Assembly (NCBI GenBank): GCA_000146045.2
Contig: BK006948.2
Coordinates: 640,001 to 704,000, forward strand
Direction of reading: 5' to 3'
DNA: 64,000 bases
Source: TPA_inf: Saccharomyces
Taxonomy: Eukaryota
In this document: positions 25,785 through 35,938 of the stretch, one piece after another
Layout: every line of letters starts with the position of its first letter
Position numbering within the stretch: the stretch's first letter is position 1
Position numbers and translations under genes: made by a program
Notes under the pieces: generated by a model
What the model saw: the letters and a program-made list of their open reading frames with translations, nothing else
The model's database searches: none
Told to the model about the DNA's origin: nothing

Positions 25785-27179
25785 TCAATTTGTAACGTGT
25801 TCATTTTCTTTAAGTCTTGGTGAGTCAGTAACATACTTTATGCACTTTTTTGTCGCAATTGGATAACATTTACTATTTTTGTCCAGTGTTTTCATACTGC
25901 TTTCGATTAAGCAAAGTACATTATCAAGTGCCTCTGCCTCAGAACAAGAGGGGTCATTAATTTTGGAAGTCTGCAACTTTTGTTCCATAAACTCTTTGAC
26001 TTTGTGATAGCGATCCTTCAAATGGGCATCTTTCGGGCCTTCCTCTTGGATCATTGCAGTTGAGAAGCTGTTTTGAGCGGTAAATTGAGTCTGAAGCGAC
26101 CTCTCCAAATGTTCTATTTTTTTCATGCTCTTGTCAATAATAAAGTTCAATTTTTTGCATTCGTCCTCTTTTCTATTATACTCTTCCTTGACATGATTCA
26201 TGTATTTCTCTATATAGGTATATTTTTGAAAATATTGTTTCTCTTTCTGAGAGTAATGGGCCTTCTCTGCCTTTAAGTTATCGTTCATGTTTAATAAAAC
26301 TTTAATTTCATTCTTGAGTTTTTGCACCTCATATTCCTTTTGTTTCATTTGTTTGGAATAATCATCTTGCAACTCCTGAAACTCGTGACATAAACGCCTT
26401 CCACGTTCCTGGAGTTTATAATAATCCCTTCGCAAAATGTTGTTTGCCGTTTTTTCTTCAAGCAACTGTTGTTGTAAACTGTTGATGGAAATCTTATTAT
26501 CGTCAACTTCCTCTATTTCCTCAATGAAACTTTTGAGTGCTTCTGTTTCTTTCAGTTTGTTTCCATCGTCAGCTTGTCTCAAATTTTGCTTTGTGACCTT
26601 CAGCAAGTGATCGATTGCCATTTGAAGGCTTTTTTCATTAAGTTCTTTTTTTTCTAGCTGTTCATGGTAGTAAAGTGAATCTATTGCATTCTTGCTCCGT
26701 TCACACTCAGCTTTTCTGTTCGTTTCATGGGTTATCCCTACAGCAAGCGTTTCGAACGTCTGCGCCAAATCAGAAATACTATTTATGGATACATGCTTAG
26801 TTGGAATGTTACAAAGCGCATAGCAACGGTTAACCGCGTCATTGACCTCTTTCAGAGTTTCATTTTTCGATTCTAACTTAGTTTCATTATCAAAAGAATT
26901 CTTCGAAGCCCTTTTTCCCCTTGGTGACTTTAAGCTAGACTTGTTGGGGGTAATAGTGGTGCTTATCGATGATGGGATCGACCTTTTGACGGTGTTATTC
27001 TTGTTGATTTCATTTACTTTTTTTCTTTGATCAAAAATGTTAACATCATCATCACCAAACCTTACATTTGGCTTAGATGGTGTCATTTCTTTGTAAAATG
27101 AATCCTTGTAAGGGGAAATCGCGTGAGAATTGTTGTAATAATCCTCGAAGGAGTTGCTATAGCTTGTATCTTCTGGCAT
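25785..27179 (-). CDS. MPC54: Meiotic outer plaque (spindle pole body) component, coiled-coil, 464 aa.
   Basis: 464-aa ORF rich in coiled-coil. Position matches YOR177C. Confidence 0.88.
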   Translation of the reverse strand: MPEDTSYSNSFEDYYNNSHAISPYKDSFYKEMTPSKPNVRFGDDDVNIFDQRKKVNEINKNNTVKRSIPSSISTTITPNKSSLKSPRGKRASKNSFDNETKLESKNETLKEVNDAVNRCYALCNIPTKHVSINSISDLAQTFETLAVGITHETNRKAECERSKNAIDSLYYHEQLEKKELNEKSLQMAIDHLLKVTKQNLRQADDGNKLKETEALKSFIEEIEEVDDNKISINSLQQQLLEEKTANNILRRDYYKLQERGRRLCHEFQELQDDYSKQMKQKEYEVQKLKNEIKVLLNMNDNLKAEKAHYSQKEKQYFQKYTYIEKYMNHVKEEYNRKEDECKKLNFIIDKSMKKIEHLERSLQTQFTAQNSFSTAMIQEEGPKDAHLKDRYHKVKEFMEQKLQTSKINDPSCSEAEALDNVLCLIESSMKTLDKNSKCYPIATKKCIKYVTDSPRLKENEHVTN

Positions 27180-27401
27180 GGCCTTATACGAGAAGTTACA
27201 GAGACTAACAACTTATCTTAGTCAGTTCAGTCGTAAAATTAGAATAATGTTTATTAATTTGAAAAAAAAGCATTTTTATCACTCTTTAAATTGGCTGCTT
27301 TTATAGTAAGTTTCTCCTCTTTCGACAACTTATTTACTGGCACAATATGATAGAGCCGAGGGCGGCTAGAGATCAGGCGAAAATGTGTGGCTGGGCTTAC
27401 G

Positions 27402-27410
27402 TACACAAAA
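27402..27410. promoter_or_regulatory. Middle sporulation element (MSE, Ndt80 site) upstream of MPC54.
   Basis: TACACAAAA matches the consensus DNCRCAAAW. It is about 225 bp upstream of the MPC54 ATG. MPC54 is a middle sporulation gene. Confidence 0.5.
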
Positions 27411-27556
27411 AATATTGGGGCCGCTCAAGAGCCCAAAAGTAATTACAGTCATGTTTTTTTATCAAAATAGCATCGAAAAAAAATTTAGGTAAGGCTTTAC
27501 AAAACACAACACTTGTAATTGTAGATAATCAATGTTATTTATTAATGATGAAATGT

Positions 27557-27588
27557 ATATATAGATATATATATATATATATATATAA
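27557..27588. repeat. (TA)n dinucleotide microsatellite.
   Basis: 'tatatagatatatatatatatatatatata', about 14-15 TA units, lying between the GAC1 3' end and the MPC54 5' end. Confidence 0.9.
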
Positions 27589-27859
27589 GTTAAACGCCAA
27601 ACTTGCTTCAATGTAATATAGTACCGATTCTTGGCTGAACTGAAGTGTGTGGTCGGTAAAACAACAGCGTAGATGCTTTTAAAAAAATTGTAGTATCACA
27701 GTTATATGTATAGCAAAGAAAAAGAGTCGCCTCTAAAAAAAAAAAAAAACTCCATAAAAACAACAAAAAGAGACGGACGCGGTTAACGAAGTAGTAACTT
27801 GATGAAAATGAATAAAAAAGAATAAAATTAACAAATAGAAAAGTTGAATCTTTTAAAAC

Positions 27860-30241
27860 TCAAAGTCGCCATCGATCAACCTCTTGGGAAAGGATGGGTG
27901 GAGATGAACTGAAAGTATTTATAAATGGGTTGGTATTTCTGTGATGATCAATCAAAGCGTCATCACTGAGACATGCAGATTTATCATCCTCATCTAAGTA
28001 AAAGTGAGGAGGAAACGAATTATTGTCTATTTCTCCCGCAATCTGATTACTATCACTATCTTCGTTTTCATAGTCAAAAATATCAGAAGCTTGGGAAATT
28101 CCCGAGAAAGGAGCTGCGCTCGAGAATGAAGTAGATTGAAGATTCGGCGACGAGGGATGATTGTAGAAACAATGGGAATCCAATAATGATTGATAGTTGA
28201 CATATTTGAGATCACTCTTCCCATTCGAATGATCGTTTAGTATTGTACTGGCCCGGTTCTGAGATGAAGATGGTGCACTGGTGCTGTTTGCAGATGATTT
28301 ATTCTCCTTAACTGTTCCATTTTCTTTTGAGGGTTTGATTAACGTGTCTGTGGAATTGTTGATAGTCGAAGTTTTATTATTTTCGTCCATAGTAGTATCT
28401 GTAATAACACTTTGTTTGTCCTCATATGAATCCTCCAAAGAGGTAACCAAATTTTTACTATCGTTGTTATTAATAGTATTCTCATTTCTAAAGCCTCCGA
28501 AGAATGATGGAGTAGAAATCTCCGGCATTAGGGAATTTAATGAATGATTAAACAAATTGGCCGTTGTGAAGGTATCATTAGGTTCATATAGGTTCGCATA
28601 ATCAAAATTATCGAGCTCAGTAAGTGGGAAACTACAAGAGGCGGAAGAAGAATTTGTGGAGGAATTGTTTGAAGAAGCAAAGGATAATGAAGAGGAAATG
28701 GAGGAAGATGATGAAGAATATGACGATGAACCAGAATATAGTGATTGATGTTGAGATCCTAATATTGGTAGGTCAATACTATTACTGGCCGTTGGTGGGG
28801 CGAGCACATTGTTCTTATCTTTAGTTATTTTACCAGTTCTGGCGGTGTCGTTAGCCAAAGCAGAAGAAGGAGGAGGAGGGGTAGCATTTTCAAGTTTATC
28901 TAAAACAACGTTCAATCTCTTGGGCTTAACCCAGCTTGTCGTATCATTATGATAAAGATGTTTCAATGGAGATGTATTATAGTAATCTGTATCCTCGCTG
29001 AACTTTCTTGATTGAGGTAAAAACCTTGAAAGAGTGGGATTCGAGGAGACGAACCTTGCTTTCATTTCCTTCGGCGACATGGCTGCATCTGTTTGAGAAG
29101 CAGGCTCGACGACAACTGGAATCTTTTCCTTCGTTTCACCGCCCTTCTTGAAGGTAGTCATGAAAAGGTGATAATTTTTACCATTATTATTATCATAATA
29201 TGTTTCATTATTAACGTCATACCTGCAGCATAATTCAATGTTGAGTGGACAGCTGCTTGTATTCTTTTCCATAGTAATGATTCTTTTGATGAGTAAAATG
29301 TACTTCAAACTATTCAAATCAATTGTAAATTTAAACTCATCAACATTCGAATTTATCGTTCTATTAAAGTTGGCGGTAACGTAATGAATATCTCTCCAAG
29401 AGTTGAACGTAAATTTAATTTCCAAATACTTTTCAAAACTCAAGTTTTTGACGTACACTAGACCTGTAATTTTGCTTGAATCATCGCCTAATTGAGTGAG
29501 AGAATGCAGTTTTACATTTTGGCCATTTAAGTACTTTGTGAGCTGACCTTGCAAATCGGAGGCCGATAATGTTTTGGTAAATAGTGGAGGGGCTATCTTG
29601 AAGGGAACCAAGTCTGTGCAGTGAAGTTTCCAATCACATATATTTGTTGCCTGAGTAGCCAGTGAAGAGGTAGCAGATTTATTTTCAGAAGTTTTTCCTC
29701 GGGTAGATAAAGAATTATAGGTATACCCATACTCGGCCTGGCTATTGATGTGCTCGTCAATATCATCCTCATCTTCTGAATCATAAAGGTCCAACTTGAA
29801 CATGTTGTTTAAGGAATTCATATAACGAAACTTCTTTTCATTTTTCAGCAAGTTTGTGACCAACGAAGAATCATTGAACCAGCAGTCCTCATTGTTGAAA
29901 AGCTGGACGTCATCAGCAGCGGTATTGCTATCAACAGGGGATAATGTGGGTGAGTTTTCATTTGAGATAGAACTTGGCTCCGCGTTTTTATCAAATCTCT
30001 TAACAGTTGTTAATTCAATAGCAAAACGTACATTTTTCTCAGGTGATGTGCAGAAAATTTCTGACTTTGATCTTGAAATAGGTTCAGGGTGTGATATTTT
30101 CAAGGATGACTTTAATTTCCTAATCGGAGGGTGAGTGGGGCGACTTATAAGGCTGTCTGACATACTTTTAATCAAATCGTTATGAGGGAAAGAAGGTCTC
30201 GCCTTAGCTGGCGATAACGTAGTAGCAGTTTGTATTACCAT
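27860..30241 (-). CDS. GAC1: Glc7 (PP1) regulatory/targeting subunit for glycogen synthase, with a CBM21 domain, 793 aa.
   Basis: 793-aa ORF with Ser/Asn-rich tracts and a CBM21-like central region. Position matches YOR178C. Confidence 0.9.
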   Translation of the reverse strand: MVIQTATTLSPAKARPSFPHNDLIKSMSDSLISRPTHPPIRKLKSSLKISHPEPISRSKSEIFCTSPEKNVRFAIELTTVKRFDKNAEPSSISNENSPTLSPVDSNTAADDVQLFNNEDCWFNDSSLVTNLLKNEKKFRYMNSLNNMFKLDLYDSEDEDDIDEHINSQAEYGYTYNSLSTRGKTSENKSATSSLATQATNICDWKLHCTDLVPFKIAPPLFTKTLSASDLQGQLTKYLNGQNVKLHSLTQLGDDSSKITGLVYVKNLSFEKYLEIKFTFNSWRDIHYVTANFNRTINSNVDEFKFTIDLNSLKYILLIKRIITMEKNTSSCPLNIELCCRYDVNNETYYDNNNGKNYHLFMTTFKKGGETKEKIPVVVEPASQTDAAMSPKEMKARFVSSNPTLSRFLPQSRKFSEDTDYYNTSPLKHLYHNDTTSWVKPKRLNVVLDKLENATPPPPSSALANDTARTGKITKDKNNVLAPPTASNSIDLPILGSQHQSLYSGSSSYSSSSSSISSSLSFASSNNSSTNSSSASCSFPLTELDNFDYANLYEPNDTFTTANLFNHSLNSLMPEISTPSFFGGFRNENTINNNDSKNLVTSLEDSYEDKQSVITDTTMDENNKTSTINNSTDTLIKPSKENGTVKENKSSANSTSAPSSSQNRASTILNDHSNGKSDLKYVNYQSLLDSHCFYNHPSSPNLQSTSFSSAAPFSGISQASDIFDYENEDSDSNQIAGEIDNNSFPPHFYLDEDDKSACLSDDALIDHHRNTNPFINTFSSSPPILSQEVDRWRL

Positions 30242-30767
30242 GGTTTAAGCTCTTGTTCTATAGTAAGTTCCAGTTCCAACTTGTTTACAAAAATGAAGTT
30301 AAAATACAAAAATAAAAAATTCTCACCATCTACTAAGTACCAGCCTCTTATAGACAGTTAATGTGATGTATTATTATATCGATGATTAGCTGTAGCAATA
30401 ACTGTGTTTAATGCCAGAGGAGAGAAAAGAAAAAAAATATAGTTTTGGTAATGGATCAAAAAAGTTACAGAAGTAATCTTAAATCTCTCTTTTTGTTTTA
30501 TCGTTATCCGTTCCTTAACAAAAGTAAGAAAAAAGATGTAAGATAGACTATGGAAATAGTATATTATGCGTTATGTAATGGAAGGAAACTACAGATACGT
30601 ATATATATATATCAAATGCAGTGAAACTAAGGATACAAAAGGAGGTGAATGATGCCTGAAATAGCAATCCCTTATATAACAAATCACGTATAAGCATGAG
30701 AAAAGCTTTCCCCAGATTGCGAGAAAAAAAAAAAGATAGGGAGGGAAGGGAATCTAAGATATCAAAG

Positions 30768-30787
30768 AAAAAAAAAAAAAAAAAAAG
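30768..30787. promoter_or_regulatory. Poly(dA:dT) tract of 20 nt in the GAC1 upstream region.
   Basis: A run of 20 A on the plus strand, which is T20 in the GAC1 sense. A further A12 run lies 35 bp away. Confidence 0.6.
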
Positions 30788-31844
30788 TAAAATTAGAGAG
30801 GAAAGACTGCGACAAATAGAGAAAAACTGTTGATTCGGGTTGTATTCGTTTCTTTTAGCAGTAGTTTTCTGTTGATTTGACGTACGTTGATTCACCCCCT
30901 GATGTTTTTTAGGCCACTGCCCCACTCTGCTGCAGATAACCGCCCATAACCCAGTGAGTATTTTTTTCGCCGCGTCCTCCTTGATTGTCTGTCTGGTGTT
31001 CTTTTAGCTTGGCTGTTACCAGCCTGCAGATCCACGCCACGCCATCTCACTTACGGACGAGGACGCTCTTCATTTGCTGCATTCATAAGAAGGGGCAAAA
31101 AAAAGAGGTTTGTCGCCGCTTTGGAGCAGCGCGTCTTTCCGCGGAAGAAATATAGTTTTCGGACCGAGAAGAAGCCACCACATCCCACTACTCGCTCAAT
31201 ACGATGTGTGGAGAATGCATGGTCTCTACGCATTTTGTATGACGGAGCTTACGTAAGCCGTTTCCTGCGGGGTGCGTCAATAGACCTTGACACTGCTGTG
31301 GTACTCCCGCCTTTCCTTTGTTTGCGTAACAGATCTCGGAAATTACATGGTGCGTGCTCGGGCTTTTTGTGATAAGAGTACTCCAGCACCGATTATTGGT
31401 GTTTACGGAGGCGCTTCGTAGCATTGCAGATACACACAAAACTAAGAGTAATAAAAATAGCTACGTAAAACAAGATTGGTTAAACTTTATTGTGCCGCTT
31501 GTGTACATTCGTATTCCGAAAAAGTAAGGTGAAATCACCGTCACCGATGCTCATGCAGCTACTCCTCACCTTTTAAGGTTGAAATCCGCTTGTCCTTGAG
31601 TAATATTCCTACGTATTATGGAAATAATGTACGAATCTGTGTCTATGTATGCCTCATAATTACAACAGTGTTGTTGCTTCTTCCTTATTTAGCCATAGAT
31701 ACGCTGGTTTGCGTTCTCCGCCCCCGCACCTACCATTTCCTTGGCGAAGTAGTTATATGGGGAAAACTCAACAACTTGTTACATAATCCACCAATAATTC
31801 AGATGAAAGCACATACAAGAAAATAAAAAGGTAAGTAATGACGT

Positions 31845-32411
31845 TCAGCACAATGGAGTTGTTAATTTCTGGCCAATGCTTAGTATGCTCTCCACTCTTC
31901 CCTTTAGTGGGTTCGAATTACAATCAATCAGCTTCATGGTGGAGAAATCGATCGTGGCTTTACTCTTGCCTATGGTGACGCTACCATTCTTTACATTTTC
32001 TTTTTTTCCTATTCCTTCATCGATGCTAAAACTGTCTCCAAATTGTTCTCGAAACAGATTTTGCAATTCTTGGATCTTCCAAACGTTATGGTTTCTCTCT
32101 TTCAATTCTGATTCAGATAGCACGTTCTTGTCGCTTGCACACAAACCGATGATCATTATTACTATACTATCGGCAATTGTTTGGCTTATCATTGACTTCT
32201 GTGTCCACTCAATTGAAACGCTGCTCGCAGATATTTCTACTTCGACGTCACCCAGCATTAACAGTTTCGTGGCATTTTCCGTTGCAGTTGTTTCTATGCA
32301 ACCGAACGTTTGGACAATATGAAGGTACAAATCATTAGTTCGATCTGTCCCACTGTTATTTAGATTAATTCTTTGATGAGTTCTGTCACTTTTGTCCTTG
32401 GGTAAATCCAT
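31845..32411 (-). CDS. SYC1: SYC1, a subunit of the APT subcomplex of cleavage/polyadenylation factor (similar to the Ysh1 C-terminus), 188 aa.
   Basis: 188-aa ORF MDLPKDKSDRTHQRINLNNSG.... Position matches YOR179C. Confidence 0.85.
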   Translation of the reverse strand: MDLPKDKSDRTHQRINLNNSGTDRTNDLYLHIVQTFGCIETTATENATKLLMLGDVEVEISASSVSIEWTQKSMISQTIADSIVIMIIGLCASDKNVLSESELKERNHNVWKIQELQNLFREQFGDSFSIDEGIGKKENVKNGSVTIGKSKATIDFSTMKLIDCNSNPLKGRVESILSIGQKLTTPLC

Positions 32412-34351
32412 TTTACGTTATAATGCAAATTACGTGAGCCGCTCTTGTTCAGTCATAGTGCAGACATGCAATTTTATCTCCGTTTCCTCTTATTTTTTTC
32501 TTGTTTTTCTTGCTTTCTTCCTTTCCCGAAGAAGAACATCCGAAGTTAAAAAAAAAAATCTCAAATTTGAGACTATTTTATTCTATCGTTGAATGAGTGA
32601 ATTTTGTAAAGAAGTAAGTGAATTGATTAGATAAAGCATGTTTATCACATAAAGTCTTTTTTCATAGTAGCAACGATGCTTGATACCATTATGATTTATA
32701 TCTTTTATCCCCATCGTCGGTTATCTAAAAATTAAAATCAAAAAAAATACATAATCATTGTATACTACGATATCGCCTTTTCGGCTAGATTTCATATGCA
32801 TCCCTCTCGGAAAACAACAACAGCACATATGCATAAAACCACTACTTTTAAAGACTCGACTTTGAGTGGCCTGGGTTACACAACTTGCGATATTTCGATG
32901 TTTTCTTCCCTAAGCGTCGCAGTTGAACAAAACATCGGCTAAATTCTTTTCTCTTAGCAGAAACTTCATAGAGTTCATTAATAGTGATGGCTCCTTTTAG
33001 GCTAGGGACCTTTTTCTGAAGTTCTTTCTGTCACTATCCTCCGCAACCGCCTTTAAACTATTGAATGATTACTTTGCTAGGCCAATTTTTTTCGATCATT
33101 AAAATAAATTCTGAATATACCATGAAAATAAAGTTGCGCTTGTGACCTTTTTCGAGAAACACCATTTCACTTGATTTTGCATAGTTATTAGCGAAAATAG
33201 CACGATTTTTTTTTTTTCGATGCATTTTCCCTTTGCTCTCCTTACCTGCAAGGTTAGCGCAAGCAAAATGTCAAAGATGCGTCTAATATAAACATGTATA
33301 TATAGTCCAAGTGCATTCAAGGAATACTATCGTAACAACTTTTTTATCCTCCTTCGATTATGCAGTATCAATTGTCGAAGAAAAAGCTTAGGTCACAATA
33401 TGGTCGAAGGACGGCATATCATGATTCTAAGAATGCCTTTCTTTCTAAAAAGATGACGTTTGGTTCTATTTCAGTTATTCCCAGTTTGCTACCCATTTTT
33501 CTTTTCATTCCTCGAATACTTCCAACAAACATATAAAAATTTTCGTAATCGTTGACCTATTTTGGGGAGTTCCTTTTTTCTTCTTTAGAACTCCCTTTGG
33601 TTATATTTATTACTACGCAGATTTCGAGTAGTTGTCACATCAAACAGAATAAAAGGGGTATTGTAAATTTACTGACTTTTCCATCAATCCCGTATGAATG
33701 GATGGCTTACATATCTTGGAACGCAGACTTCGAAATTAAGTATTTAGGAGTGAGAATGTGCGTTAGCATTTTGTCTCATATCTAAATATTCAAGTTTAAC
33801 TTGTATTATTTGTCCTCAGTACAAGAGGTGTACGGCTTTTGAAAGTCCACTCCCCCATTTTTATCCGGATCTCTGCCGCTGGATTCTATTTTGTCACAAA
33901 GTTTGTGCCTTGGAGAGCGCCGTTTGCCAGCCCGTCATCAGTAGGACCCTTTTGTGCGGCTGCCAAATTTTCTAGAGATACCGCCGCGGCCGCCTCTTGT
34001 CTGGAAGAATTTGCATTGCCAAGGAAATTGATTCAGTTCATTAAGTACAGTTGTGAAGCACTTTAGTTACTTAACATGAATGACAGTTTTATTAGGTGTA
34101 AAAAAAAATCCTTTTTTTCAGAGAGCTATTTGTAAATATTATATGAATATTAAAAAACATCCTTTTTGAGTAAGAATTCCTATGAAACAAAATGGAACAA
34201 TTTCACTTATATTGTAAGCGGATTTTACAACAGATATAAAATATTGTGCGCCAACATTAAAGTATTAAAGAACCCGGAATTTAACAATTGCAGAAGTATG
34301 ATCGTGTAGTAGATTTTTTATGTTAAAATCCTATCTCTAAATGCTATATTA

Positions 34352-35167
34352 TTATAACTTGTGGCGCCTGTTTCCCTCTTGAAGCTGTTTAAATCTTTTG
34401 AATGGCTCGCCGCTTGCCCAAAAAGGCAAGGTTCCGTTAGTCTCCATTGCTTGTGCTTTGATAAGCTTCTGTTTCATTTCACTGTGTAACAATTCTTTCA
34501 TACCTAGTACACTTTTCGGATAAAGCCCTTCTAAATTCTGCTTTATGTCCTGAAGAACTTTTTCATTGAATGTTTCAGTATTTGTCAATTGATAATTTTT
34601 TGTAATAATAGTTCCTATCAATTCTTTAAATAGAACTGGTGTGCTGAAAATCATATGTTCGTTTGCAGAATTTATACCCAGTTTTTGAGTTAAGGTAACA
34701 GAAGTTCCCACTTCTGCGACAAAACCGAGATTGCTGAAGGGAAAAAGAAGAAATACTGAATCGTTTTGCGAGTAAACAATGTCACAAAGAGCAACTAGCG
34801 ATGCGCTAAGTCCGATGGCCGGTCCATTCAAACAGCACACCAGAACCTTTTTATGGATTGCAAATGCGTTCGCCACAAATATGTTAGGAGAGCTTATAGC
34901 AGATACCAGCTTTGAGACTTTCTCCACTTCGCTTGTAACGTCTCCATCGTTTAGCTTGTTAACTGCTGAAAACTTACCTCCCGAGGAGAAATACTTGCCT
35001 GAGCTTTGTAGAACAGTAAACAAAACAGAATCAATATCGTTTGCCTTATGCAGTAATAGTGCAATGTATACAAAATCCTCGAAAGTTAAAGAGTTCAAAT
35101 GTTTTGGATCAATTAATTTGATTATGAAAAAGGGACCATTAATATGGTAGCACACACGACTGCTCAT
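34352..35167 (-). CDS. DCI1: Peroxisomal delta(3,5)-delta(2,4)-dienoyl-CoA isomerase (enoyl-CoA hydratase/isomerase family), 271 aa.
   Basis: Crotonase-fold sequence with a C-terminal -HKL, which is a PTS1-like tripeptide. The track start at 35197 is 10 codons upstream; the 271-aa form begins MSSRVCYHING at ATG 35167. Confidence 0.85.
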   Translation of the reverse strand: MSSRVCYHINGPFFIIKLIDPKHLNSLTFEDFVYIALLLHKANDIDSVLFTVLQSSGKYFSSGGKFSAVNKLNDGDVTSEVEKVSKLVSAISSPNIFVANAFAIHKKVLVCCLNGPAIGLSASLVALCDIVYSQNDSVFLLFPFSNLGFVAEVGTSVTLTQKLGINSANEHMIFSTPVLFKELIGTIITKNYQLTNTETFNEKVLQDIKQNLEGLYPKSVLGMKELLHSEMKQKLIKAQAMETNGTLPFWASGEPFKRFKQLQEGNRRHKL

Positions 35168-35324
35168 AGTTAGAAGATAACTCACTAGACTTAACACCAG
35201 AAAATCCTACTCTGTAATAAAATAATCCCGGGGTAATGGATTGGATTTTTCTATCAGGATCGTTTACGTATATATAATACACTGTCGGAGTTTAGCGCGC
35301 TTACAGCCGCTACTTGTGGAGTCC

Positions 35325-35343
35325 TTTTTTTTTTTTTTTTTTT
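35325..35343. promoter_or_regulatory. Poly(dT) tract of 19 nt in the DCI1/LAS17 divergent promoter.
   Basis: A run of 19 T. Confidence 0.6.
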
Positions 35344-35938
35344 GGGGTTTCAGACATCCAGTAAAGAATAGAAACAAGCAACAAACTTCAGAACTGAAAC
35401 AATGCTTTTTTAAGTTATCGCCTAAATATATTCAAAAAATATAGATATGCTAGATTTTCAATTATACCAAAGTTCATATTTTCAAAATGAATGTTAACAA
35501 AAAGACAAGTTGATGGCCCTTTTTCATAAAGTATGCGTTTAGTTTCAAGTAACGCCGGCTGACGTGGACGATTTATCAAAGAAGTGGTTTTGGAATACTC
35601 TTCTTTTGCAATTAGAAAAAAGGCAAAACTAAATGCAATGCAAGCAGTTGCCCATGGTACTTGAAATTGTGTCTCTGGTTTAAAAGATCTATGATATAAG
35701 TCTTAACTGATCTTATAGTTGTTTTTTTTTGAATTTTCCAAATAGTTTATATGATCATTGAATACGTGCGAGACGTCCGAAAAGGGGCCAGTCAATACCT
35801 ATGAAAAAAAATCATGAATATGTAATAATAAATATTGAATGTAGAATATACATAGTAGAAAAGGAAGTGCTGTAGCGATTGCCATCTCCGCTACAAATTA
35901 CAGTTCGTTACTTTAAGTGTTGATAGGCGTGATTTAAT

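Noticed and set aside
33986-33993. NotI sites (GCGGCCGC) at 33986-33993 and at 17086-17093, considered as possible cloning scars or engineered sequence.
   Set aside because: The surrounding sequence is natural yeast promoter DNA with no vector or linker context. Two 8-bp GC sites in 64 kb are rare but not implausible.
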